A stretch of DNA of 64,000 bases, from contig JAIXRY010000006.1 of NCBI GenBank assembly GCA_027484965.1, positions 1,738-65,737 of the forward strand, read 5' to 3'. Both the position numbers and the translations under genes were made by a program. Shown here piece by piece: positions 56,461 through 64,000 of the stretch. Positions within the stretch are counted from its first letter, which is position 1. Every line of letters starts with the position of its first letter. The notes below the pieces were generated by a model. It did no database searches, was not told the DNA's origin, and saw only the letters and a list, made by a program, of their open reading frames with translations. This DNA comes from a bacterium (GTDB lineage Bacteria > Patescibacteriota > Minisyncoccia > Phycocordibacterales > UBA9973).

Positions 56461-57594
56461 TTACTTATTAATTGTTTTGTTAATGAGATTTTCTGCAAGT
56501 GTGTCAGGATTGAAAGACTCTCTTTCTTTTAGACACTCTGTTTGTTTTGGATCGTCATAATTCATACACTCTGTAGCTCTAAGTATAAAAGATACTTTTG
56601 CGAGTTTCTGTTCTATTTTTGCAATATAAGAATATGTTGTAAATGTACTTCCGGCTGCACCTTCGCTCGTTGTTGTTATACAGTATTCTCTTTCAGAAAT
56701 AATTTTCTTCACCGTTGTTCCTTTTAGATTTATTTTGTTTGGTTCTGTTACTGGAGTTTCTTTACAAACAAAAGAGCCTTTAGTGGTAGTTACTTTTGGC
56801 GGCCAAGGATTTTGACTACTTATATACTTAGTGGTTAGTGATGTTTCATCTCCTTTAACAATATCTGTAATGACTACTTTTTCATCTTTTACAATATAAG
56901 AAAATAGTGCACCTCCTTGTACATGCCCATCTTCGTACTTCATTATCCCCGTCTTTTTATCTGTATCTAGATGAATACTTGTTATATACCAAGATCCACC
57001 AAGTGTTGGTTTTTCTGGTGAAAGTGTTTGTATATTTTCTTTAATATATTTTTCTACAAGAATTCTGTTATTAAGATCTTCGCAAGAAACGTCAGTCATA
57101 TTTTGACTATAAGTTAGAGTATTTATATCTTTGTATATGTATACACCTTCACTTTGTTGTACCATCTCTCCGAATCCTGCTACAGCAGTACCTTCGCCAA
57201 ACTTTATTTGTAATTGTTCTCTATTCTTAATACCTTCAGCAAAAGTGTTCCACCATACAAGAGCGGTACGAGACATACTTTGTTTGTCGACTTCACCAAC
57301 AGTTCCTTCGAATGTTCCAATCTTACTATCTTTCTCGGCTGGTAAATAACGAAATTCTCCAGAAACACTATTGTCTAAGATGCTCATTTTTACCCAAGAA
57401 ACATCATACAATCCACGAGATGTTTTTGTTTCTTGATAGAAACACATTTGTATTGGTGTTTTGTTTGCCGGATTTTCTATGGGCGTCACCACTTCTTTTT
57501 TTGTATTTGTTTTATTAAAATATACTATTCCCAAAGCCGCAATAATACACACTACTCCAAGAACGATGCTCATTGTGATTAAAACTTTTTTCAT
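56461..57594 (-). CDS. hypothetical membrane-anchored extracytoplasmic protein
   Basis: Preferred start is Met MKKVLITMSIVLGVV (TM anchor). The ORF track extends to 57738, overlapping the next gene. Confidence 0.4.
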   Translation of the reverse strand: MKKVLITMSIVLGVVCIIAALGIVYFNKTNTKKEVVTPIENPANKTPIQMCFYQETKTSRGLYDVSWVKMSILDNSVSGEFRYLPAEKDSKIGTFEGTVGEVDKQSMSRTALVWWNTFAEGIKNREQLQIKFGEGTAVAGFGEMVQQSEGVYIYKDINTLTYSQNMTDVSCEDLNNRILVEKYIKENIQTLSPEKPTLGGSWYITSIHLDTDKKTGIMKYEDGHVQGGALFSYIVKDEKVVITDIVKGDETSLTTKYISSQNPWPPKVTTTKGSFVCKETPVTEPNKINLKGTTVKKIISEREYCITTTSEGAAGSTFTTYSYIAKIEQKLAKVSFILRATECMNYDDPKQTECLKERESFNPDTLAENLINKTINK

Positions 57595-57682
57595 ATCTTT
57601 ATTATACGCTATATCAAGTTTATATGTGTGTAAAAAAGTCCCGCCAAACAAATGTTTGGCGGGACTTTTTAATAAGAAGTTA

Positions 57683-57889
57683 TTATTTAGCCACTTCTTC
57701 TGATTCTGTAGATTCACTTTCTTCTGTAACGATTTCAACTTTTGTATCTTCGCCTTCTACGTGTGCACCTGTAACTACTACTTTTTCAACATGAGCTTCT
57801 GCACCTTCTGTTGTTTCTGTAATTTCTGTTTCTGAAACTTCTACTGTCATAGGAGTTGTTTCATCTTTTTTGATTTCTTCGTCTTGCAT
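57683..57889 (-). CDS. small highly acidic protein
   Basis: 68 aa, Glu/Thr/Val-rich with an internal AHVE repeat. Confidence 0.35.
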   Translation of the reverse strand: MQDEEIKKDETTPMTVEVSETEITETTEGAEAHVEKVVVTGAHVEGEDTKVEIVTEESESTESEEVAK

Positions 57890-57900
57890 ATTGTTTTTTG

Positions 57901-57938
57901 TCTGGCTAGATTTATTTTTTAAAATAAATCTAGCCAGA
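57901..57938. promoter_or_regulatory. perfect 18-bp-arm inverted repeat TCTGGCTAGATTTATTTT|AAAATAAATCTAGCCAGA, 12 nt upstream of the acidic ORF start
   Basis: Exact palindrome with a 2-nt centre, separate from the 58052 gene's own terminator at 58021-58045. Confidence 0.5.
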
Positions 57939-58051
57939 CTTTGATTATTTGTTTCTAACCGACTCGTGCGAGTATACGCTAATAGTTGGATATATCCTAA
58001 TTTTTATTTTGTAAATAAAAAAGCCGCACACTAGTGTGCGCGGCAGGGAAA

Positions 58052-59836
58052 TTACTTCCCTTTTAAATTCAAAATTTTCTGTTTCTCTTCGGGTGAAAGT
58101 TTTGACCATTCGTCATCACTTACTCCTTCTGACTTGTTGATAATCTTTTCTGTTCTTATGGAATCAGTATAAAATTCAACTTTTTCAATGATAGAATCTT
58201 TTTTAAATCCAAAAGATAGGTTATCAAAATTAATCAAAGAAAATTCGTTACTGTTTTGATTCTTTATGTATATAATCTTAACAATATCATCTTCTTTTGT
58301 TAAAGGAATTTCATTTGAAATGTTGCTGGATGTGCTAAATAAAATATTTGGCTCTTTTTCAAAAATAAAGTGATAGAAAGTATTACCTTTTACAACTTCT
58401 GAATTGAACCTTTTTATTTTTGATATAAGTACATTTTTTTGCATTTCACTTGTTGTGGCGGTGGGACTATTTCCTCTATTGTTTAGTTGTGAAGTGTAGT
58501 CACGAATCGCTTCATGTCTGTTTTCTCCAATACCAACAATTGTGTGATCATGTACATTTACCAATGCAATCAATTTCATTAATCCTCCTTTATCTTTAAG
58601 TAAAAATTCATATGTTGGGTAACCTCCAATGTTGTATGTAATACCATCAGAGCCAACATATCCTTTTTCTTGAACTTTTCCTTCAGCAGATTTTTTTGCA
58701 GCATCTTCTGTTGCTCCTGCTTGTCTAAACCAATGAACCTTTTTTGTTCTTGTGTCCACCATCATAAATCCTACAGTTGAATTCTCATTCCCTTTAGATG
58801 TAAGTCCAAAATAAAAGTAGGATCTCTGGTCATTACCTAGAACAATAGAATTTCCTTGAGATGTCGTTATTTTATCTGACCCTGACCAATTCCAGTATCC
58901 ATTTACCAATTCTCCCCAATCATCAATTTGATCAGAAACAAAACTTTCTGGTTGGATTCTGTCTATCCATTCAGGAGCTTTTTCTACTGGGTATTCTTCA
59001 ATTTTTCCAGTCTCTGGATCTACTGTTAATACTCCAATAGCATCATCTCCTTCAAATCCAATTTTTGAATCATAAATAGTGACTGTCCAATATGGATTCC
59101 AGTTATCATCTACTTCAAAAGTTTTTTCTGTAAACATTGTCGAGCCATATCCATTACTATAAATATGTCTCGTTAAATCAGTAGAAAAGTAGGCTCTAGT
59201 TTGATATTTTATATGTAATTTTTTGCCGTTAATCTCAGTAACCATTTTGTAGTCTTCTTGATTTGTGGCTGATACATATACATACCCAGGAGTTCCTTCG
59301 TTTTTGAATGTGTTCCACTTCCAGTAACCACTATGTTCTATTGGTGCTATCCAATAAAGCTGTTTGTTTACGGATTGAAGTGTAAATTCTCCAAGTTCTG
59401 CGCGACTTCCAAGTCCAGGATCTGATCCTAACTCTTTTTCACCAATACGCCTAGCTATCTCTTTGTCTACAATGATCATTTGATTTGGAGCGATGGGTTG
59501 AATATTAGATGTAAAAGTCGTTTCTTTTACTTCGCCTATTAAGGCTCTATATTCACTACTTCTCCCAAATAATCCGCCCCATGTCCCAAATAATCCTATA
59601 GATAACATTAGAATGAAACTTATTGCACATATTGCACAAAATAGTTTAGAAATAGGTGTAATTTCTTGATTTTCAAAGTCTACACTTATTAAAGCTAATA
59701 TTAAGAAATATGAAAAAAGATTCCAGTAAATACCAGTTGAAGCTGTAAAGCTTAAAGTTGGCATGAATAGATAGATTGACAGTAATAACCATACCACTGT
59801 CCAAATTGCTGATAAGATAATTTTTGTTCTGCTCAT
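58052..59836 (-). CDS. hypothetical large membrane-anchored protein
   Basis: 594 aa with N-terminal TM helices and a large extracytoplasmic domain. Terminator GCCGCACACTAGTGTGCGCGGC downstream. Confidence 0.45.
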   Translation of the reverse strand: MSRTKIILSAIWTVVWLLLSIYLFMPTLSFTASTGIYWNLFSYFLILALISVDFENQEITPISKLFCAICAISFILMLSIGLFGTWGGLFGRSSEYRALIGEVKETTFTSNIQPIAPNQMIIVDKEIARRIGEKELGSDPGLGSRAELGEFTLQSVNKQLYWIAPIEHSGYWKWNTFKNEGTPGYVYVSATNQEDYKMVTEINGKKLHIKYQTRAYFSTDLTRHIYSNGYGSTMFTEKTFEVDDNWNPYWTVTIYDSKIGFEGDDAIGVLTVDPETGKIEEYPVEKAPEWIDRIQPESFVSDQIDDWGELVNGYWNWSGSDKITTSQGNSIVLGNDQRSYFYFGLTSKGNENSTVGFMMVDTRTKKVHWFRQAGATEDAAKKSAEGKVQEKGYVGSDGITYNIGGYPTYEFLLKDKGGLMKLIALVNVHDHTIVGIGENRHEAIRDYTSQLNNRGNSPTATTSEMQKNVLISKIKRFNSEVVKGNTFYHFIFEKEPNILFSTSSNISNEIPLTKEDDIVKIIYIKNQNSNEFSLINFDNLSFGFKKDSIIEKVEFYTDSIRTEKIINKSEGVSDDEWSKLSPEEKQKILNLKGK

Positions 59837-59928
59837 TTTTTATTTTATTTTTAAGGGTTCAAAATTGTTTTTTGTTTGTATTTATTATAATTCACTTAGT
59901 GATATTTGTCAAATATAAATTACATCTA

Positions 59929-59957
59929 TTGACCTTTATTATGATATAATATATAAT
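59929..59957 (+). promoter_or_regulatory. consensus sigma70 promoter TTGACC - 17 bp - TATAAT (copy 1)
   Basis: It drives a ~120-nt non-coding interval that ends at the terminator at 60057-60086. Confidence 0.5.
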
Positions 59958-60056
59958 ATAAAAAGATAGGTTAAGGTTTTTGTTTCCTAGCTGTTCATTT
60001 TTAATTGTTTATCGCTTAAGTTTATTGATTTGATTACACATTTTTTAAACAAGCGG

Positions 60057-60086
60057 CCCACGTCTCACGACGTGGGATTTTTTTTT
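60057..60086 (+). terminator. intrinsic terminator CCCACGTCTCACGACGTGGG + T9
   Basis: Perfect 7-bp GC-rich stem and a 9-T run; the stem is paralogous to 60561-60579. Confidence 0.75.
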
Positions 60087-60112
60087 GCGACAATTTAAAA
60101 ACAGTATATCTA

Positions 60113-60141
60113 TTGACATTTATATAAATATAGTATATAAT
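60113..60141 (+). promoter_or_regulatory. consensus sigma70 promoter TTGACA - 17 bp - TATAAT (copy 2; shares the ATCTATTGAC context with copy 1)
   Basis: About 19 nt upstream of ATG 60160. Confidence 0.55.
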
Positions 60142-60159
60142 ATATACAAATACATTAAC

Positions 60160-60525
60160 ATGAAAAACAACAACGCAATTTTCGATTTTGAGCGCTATAG
60201 CGCCACAGGAATTTATTTATTCTTAGCATTTATTTTAGTTGGTACATTTTTTGCTGTACTTCTTATTGAAGCTAAAAAGCAGAATTCCAGCTGGTCCGCA
60301 CCTGTTTGGTTTGTAAATATTACTATTGCAGTATTGTCTTTACTTGTCGGTTCTCTTCTTTTTAGGATCATTCAAGTATTGACTGGACTGACTATTTTTT
60401 CTGAATCTTGGAATTTGATTCCAATTTCAATTCTTGGCTGGATGAGTACATTCTTTATTCATGCTATTGTGAAAAAAATCGCACCAGTAAAATTAAAGGT
60501 TGTTGCCCTAAAAATGTTTTCCTAA
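60160..60525 (+). CDS. hypothetical membrane protein
   Basis: The ORF track starts at a TTG (60085) inside the upstream terminator; ATG 60160 downstream of the promoter is preferred. 4 TM helices. Confidence 0.4.
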   Translation: MKNNNAIFDFERYSATGIYLFLAFILVGTFFAVLLIEAKKQNSSWSAPVWFVNITIAVLSLLVGSLLFRIIQVLTGLTIFSESWNLIPISILGWMSTFFIHAIVKKIAPVKLKVVALKMFS

Positions 60526-60560
60526 CTGTTCTTTCTTTGTTCATTTATTTGAACCAAAAC

Positions 60561-60586
60561 CCCACGTCTAAAGCGTGGGTTTTTTA
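60561..60586 (+). terminator. intrinsic terminator CCCACGTCTAAAGCGTGGG + T-run
   Basis: Same stem as 60057-60076 with a different loop. Confidence 0.75.
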
Positions 60587-60656
60587 TTTATAATATTATA
60601 AAACTTCTAAATTTACTTAAATAATTTATGTTATACTATCGTCAAATACTTGTTTC

Positions 60657-60881
60657 ATGAAAAATACAAAATACTCAAAATTTTTAACTAGAGCTAACTT
60701 TTTAATTACGGTTAACCTTCTAGCTGTAATTGGTTCAATTACCCTTTTATTACTACCTTTATTTTCTTCGTTTGACATCACAAATCTCTATGGAGGTGTA
60801 TGGTTTCGAGACGTGAGTCCTTATGTAATAATACTTTATGTATGTATAAACAGTTTTCGTTTTTTTGTAAATAGAGCATAA
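60657..60881 (+). CDS. small membrane protein
   Basis: 74 aa with two TM helices; terminator AACCGCATTGAGCGGTT downstream. Confidence 0.3.
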   Translation: MKNTKYSKFLTRANFLITVNLLAVIGSITLLLLPLFSSFDITNLYGGVWFRDVSPYVIILYVCINSFRFFVNRA

Positions 60882-60915
60882 GGTTAGTATTAAAAAAACC
60901 GCATTGAGCGGTTTT

Positions 60916-61422
60916 TTATTTAAAAAATTCCAAAGACAACTCTTGTCCTCTTTTTATTATAGCGTCTCCTATTTCTCCCCAATCAAAATAATTTTTATAT
61001 TCTTTTATATCTATAATTTTTATTTCTGTAATTCCACCCGCTGGATCTTCTATGAATTCTCCAAATGGTTCTACTTTTGCAGATACCCTGAGTTGGTATA
61101 TAGGTTCTTTTCCTTCTGTTGTTACTTTTTGATATCCAATAGGTATGAAGTCCAACACCTTCATATTGGATTCTTCTTTTATTTCACGAAGAAATGTTTC
61201 TTCAATAGTCTCTCCCTTCTCTATAGATCCACCGATAAGACCCCATGATTTTTCATGTCCACCAAACCAACCAAAACCAAAAACTATTTTGTCTGGTTCT
61301 GTAAAACAAACTCCATAGACTTGCTTCACTCTTTCTTGTGGAAGATCGTTTAAATCATCACATTCGTGATATTCAAAAGTATATTCTATTCCTTTTTTGT
61401 CTATAAATTTTGATGTGATCAT
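60916..61422 (-). CDS. NUDIX hydrolase
   Basis: Nudix box GGSIEKGETIEETFLREIKEESNM (GX5EX7REUXEEXGU). Confidence 0.7.
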   Translation of the reverse strand: MITSKFIDKKGIEYTFEYHECDDLNDLPQERVKQVYGVCFTEPDKIVFGFGWFGGHEKSWGLIGGSIEKGETIEETFLREIKEESNMKVLDFIPIGYQKVTTEGKEPIYQLRVSAKVEPFGEFIEDPAGGITEIKIIDIKEYKNYFDWGEIGDAIIKRGQELSLEFFK

Positions 61423-61576
61423 ATTATTGATTATAAATTATTTTCTATGGTTTATATAGACAATAAGAATAATATTGCAAACAGTGGGATTTTTAGTTTT
61501 TGGATCATGAATTTTATTTTAAAATAAATATTGACATATTTTATATATTTTATATAATCTAAAAAATATTAAAGCA

Positions 61577-62149
61577 ATGAATATAAACAAAAGAATTATC
61601 GATACCATGACTGGTACTCGATATGGAGAGATCTTATCTGTAACAGATGAACAAATTAATGAGTTTCTTAAATCACTGGATAATAATCCTGTAAAAGAAA
61701 ATGAGCTTGTGTTGGGCACCATAACCCCTCTTGAAGCTGCAGTATTTTTTCTTCATGAAAAATATTGTCCAAAAAATGAAGAGTTGTTGGAGGTTTACAT
61801 GAAAAAACAAAAAGAAGTGCTAAATTTACATAATTCTTTCTTTTTTATCCAAGAAATTCTTTCCGGTGAGATCTTTGAAACTGATGATGAAAAAATGAAA
61901 GAATTAAATGGTTTACTTGAAAAACTTAATTCAATCATGCCTCTCCATAATTTTTATAGTGATGAGATGTGGAAACTTATCAGGGAAAGATTCCCTGAAT
62001 CTAAAAACAAAACTATTGAATTACGGGCAGGTGGACAAATTGTCGTATCAGAAGACATTAATATTTTTGATGAAATACATAATGAAAATGATGATTTTGC
62101 TCATGAACCTTTTTTCAACTTTAGAAGAGGTCCTGTAGGTGAGGCGTGA
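61577..62149 (+). CDS. hypothetical protein
   Basis: 190-aa ORF; terminator AGCAACTTCGGTTGCT + T-run downstream. Confidence 0.4.
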   Translation: MNINKRIIDTMTGTRYGEILSVTDEQINEFLKSLDNNPVKENELVLGTITPLEAAVFFLHEKYCPKNEELLEVYMKKQKEVLNLHNSFFFIQEILSGEIFETDDEKMKELNGLLEKLNSIMPLHNFYSDEMWKLIRERFPESKNKTIELRAGGQIVVSEDINIFDEIHNENDDFAHEPFFNFRRGPVGEA

Positions 62150-62178
62150 CAACAAAATAGCAACTTCGGTTGCTTTTT

Positions 62179-62442
62179 TTATTTCTTCCAACGTGGGGCG
62201 AAGCGAATCATGAATGTGTATAGTTTTGCGAGTATGTATGGAGTACCATTTTTGCGCATTGATTCATAACACACCCTTTGGAATTCTTTCAAATCTGTGC
62301 CTTCATAACACAATTTTCCATCTTTGAAGCAGTAGCTGCAGTATCTAGGATTCTCTCTTTTGTCTCCCATTGAGTCCTTATCAAAAGGCATCAGACAACT
62401 CTCACAAGCTTTACATTTATTTTTTGTATTTGTATTTTCCAT
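62179..62442 (-). CDS. zinc-ribbon domain small protein
   Basis: CKACESC...CSYCF Cys pairs. Confidence 0.4.
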   Translation of the reverse strand: MENTNTKNKCKACESCLMPFDKDSMGDKRENPRYCSYCFKDGKLCYEGTDLKEFQRVCYESMRKNGTPYILAKLYTFMIRFAPRWKK

Positions 62443-62445
62443 ATT

Positions 62446-63942
62446 TTAAATTCTTCTCAAAACTTCTTCTTTACCTAAAATAAAACAAAGTTCGAATGGG
62501 TCGGGAGATTTTTCACGACCTGAGAGTGAAACGCGGAGTGGCCAGAGTACTTCTCCACGGCCATATTTGTCTGTGAGAGGCCATACTACATCCTTTATCG
62601 CCTCTTTGTCGCTCCACTTGTCATCTTCAAGATTTGAGAGAATTTCGCGAACCTCTGCAATGTATGATTTTGATTTTGGAAGTCCATCTGCATCGTCTTT
62701 TAGAGACTTCCAAACTAGTGTGTTTTCATCTTGTATGTTTGGCTTTGTGAAGAAGTATGAAATATTCTCTTCATACGTATCTGTGATATCTGTTCCCTTT
62801 TCTATGCGTTCGATAAGTGTACCGAGAAGTCTTGGGAGGACTTCTTTGTAATTGTCACTCTCCTTTGCTATAGCTGGCATGAAGTTGTCGACATAGCTTT
62901 CAAATTCTTCTTTGCTTAGCTTCTTCAAGTATTCGTGATTGTACCAATCAAGCTTTTCTAGATTGAACACTGCACCTGATTTGTTTACTTTCTCTAGGGA
63001 GAACTCTTCCACTAATTCTTTTAGAGTGAAAAGTTCTCGTTCGTCGCCTGGATTCCAGCCCAAGAAGGCCACGAAGTTCAAAAGCGCTTCTGGAAGATAT
63101 CCTTTATCTTTATAATCCATCACAGCGACGTCACCTTGGCGTTTTGAGAGCTTTGAGCGGTCAGAATTGAGAAGAAGTGGAAGGTGTGCGAATAGTGGCT
63201 TCTCCCAGCCAAAACATTCGTAAAGGTACAAGTGCTTTGGAGTACTAGAAATCCATTCTTCACCACGTATCACATGAGTGACTTCCATATGATGATCATC
63301 CACTACTACAGCGAGGTGATATGTTGGGAATCCATCAGACTTCAAAAGTACTTGGTCATCCACATCAGAATATTGAAAGCTTACACTTCCACGAATTTGA
63401 TCTTCGAATACACTTGCGCCAACTTCTGGTATAGAGAGACGTATCACGTGCTTTTCACTTGCTTGCAATTTTACATCTACCTCTTCCTTTGATAGTGTCT
63501 TACAGAGTCCGTCGTATCCTGGTGGGAGCTTGTCGGCTTGTCTTTGTGTCTTCACTTCCTCGAGTCTCTCTGGTGTACAGAAACAATAATACGCGTGACC
63601 TTTTTCTATTAATTCTTCTGCATACTTTTTGTATAGATTGAGACGCTCAGACTGGATATATGGACCATTGTGTCCTGTCTCCATTATTGCGCCATTTTCA
63701 TCGAGCTTGATACCTTCATCAGGTATTATTCCTGCCCAAGCAAGAGAGTGAGTAATATTCTCAATACCACCTTCTACGGTGCGCGCTTGATCGGTATCTT
63801 CGATACGAAGAAGAAATCTACCTCCAGACTTTTTGGCCATGAGATACGCATACAGAGCCGTACGGAGGCCTCCTACATGGAGATATCCAGTAGGACTTGG
63901 AGCAAAACGTGTGACGATTTGGGTGTTTGTATTCTCTGACAT
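62446..63942 (-). CDS. gltX: glutamyl-tRNA synthetase
   Basis: HIGH-type PSPTGYLHVGGLRTALYAYL and KMSKS-type KLSKRQG; 498 aa. Confidence 0.9.
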   Translation of the reverse strand: MSENTNTQIVTRFAPSPTGYLHVGGLRTALYAYLMAKKSGGRFLLRIEDTDQARTVEGGIENITHSLAWAGIIPDEGIKLDENGAIMETGHNGPYIQSERLNLYKKYAEELIEKGHAYYCFCTPERLEEVKTQRQADKLPPGYDGLCKTLSKEEVDVKLQASEKHVIRLSIPEVGASVFEDQIRGSVSFQYSDVDDQVLLKSDGFPTYHLAVVVDDHHMEVTHVIRGEEWISSTPKHLYLYECFGWEKPLFAHLPLLLNSDRSKLSKRQGDVAVMDYKDKGYLPEALLNFVAFLGWNPGDERELFTLKELVEEFSLEKVNKSGAVFNLEKLDWYNHEYLKKLSKEEFESYVDNFMPAIAKESDNYKEVLPRLLGTLIERIEKGTDITDTYEENISYFFTKPNIQDENTLVWKSLKDDADGLPKSKSYIAEVREILSNLEDDKWSDKEAIKDVVWPLTDKYGRGEVLWPLRVSLSGREKSPDPFELCFILGKEEVLRRI

Positions 63943-64000
63943 ATAAGATTAATAGTAACACAAGTATATAGTAATTAGAATATAGATTATAGATATTTGA

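Noticed and set aside
1-64000. Alternative genetic code (UGA = Gly, code 25) as in some small-genome lineages
   Set aside because: Long housekeeping genes (leuS, uvrA, uvrB, gltX) are full length under the standard code with no in-frame TGA, so the standard code applies.
1-64000. CRISPR array or cas genes
   Set aside because: No run of regularly spaced direct repeats and no Cas-like ORFs were seen.

Overview
This ~64 kb window is low-GC, gene-dense and mostly housekeeping. The gene content is consistent with a small-genome bacterium, possibly a CPR/Patescibacteria-like lineage (inference). It uses the standard genetic code: TGA does not appear in-frame in the housekeeping genes.

Genes recognisable from sequence:
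- leuS, murJ, rmuC, ddl, gap, a DEAD-box helicase, rsmI, ctpA, trhO, engB and gltX.
- The nucleotide-excision-repair genes uvrB, uvrA and a short uvrC.
- A pentose-phosphate and glycolysis block: rpiB, an rpe-like gene, transketolase split into N- and C-terminal subunits, a PfkB-family kinase and class II fba.
- Ribosomal proteins L25, L31, L9 and L27, and release factor RF1.
- An ECF sigma factor with a putative anti-sigma partner, and a lexA operon.
- Three tRNAs: Glu-CUC, Ala-UGC and Ile-GAU.
- Many small membrane or secreted hypothetical proteins.

The most unusual observations:
1. A complete Nudix hydrolase domain is inserted inside the CP1 editing domain of LeuS. Two free-standing Nudix genes are also in the window.
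2. An orphan ~200-nt fragment of 23S rRNA domain I sits between rmuC and uvrB. It is preceded by a consensus sigma70 promoter and a 20-bp GAAC-N4-GTTC palindrome, and followed by an intrinsic terminator.
3. A lexA operon (small ORF, lexA, MazG-like NTP pyrophosphatase) has its GAAC-N4-GTTC box exactly in the 17-bp spacer of a TTGCGT/TATAAT promoter.
4. An rpe-like gene is interrupted by an in-frame TAA at the end of a 17-T tract, and its catalytic His ligands are substituted.
5. A phage-tail-fibre-like surface protein carries a C-terminal S74/intramolecular-chaperone domain encoded by a compositionally distinct AC-rich segment.
6. There are duplicated promoter and terminator modules and terminator hairpins with compensatory substitutions.

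No CRISPR array, integrase or IS element was seen.
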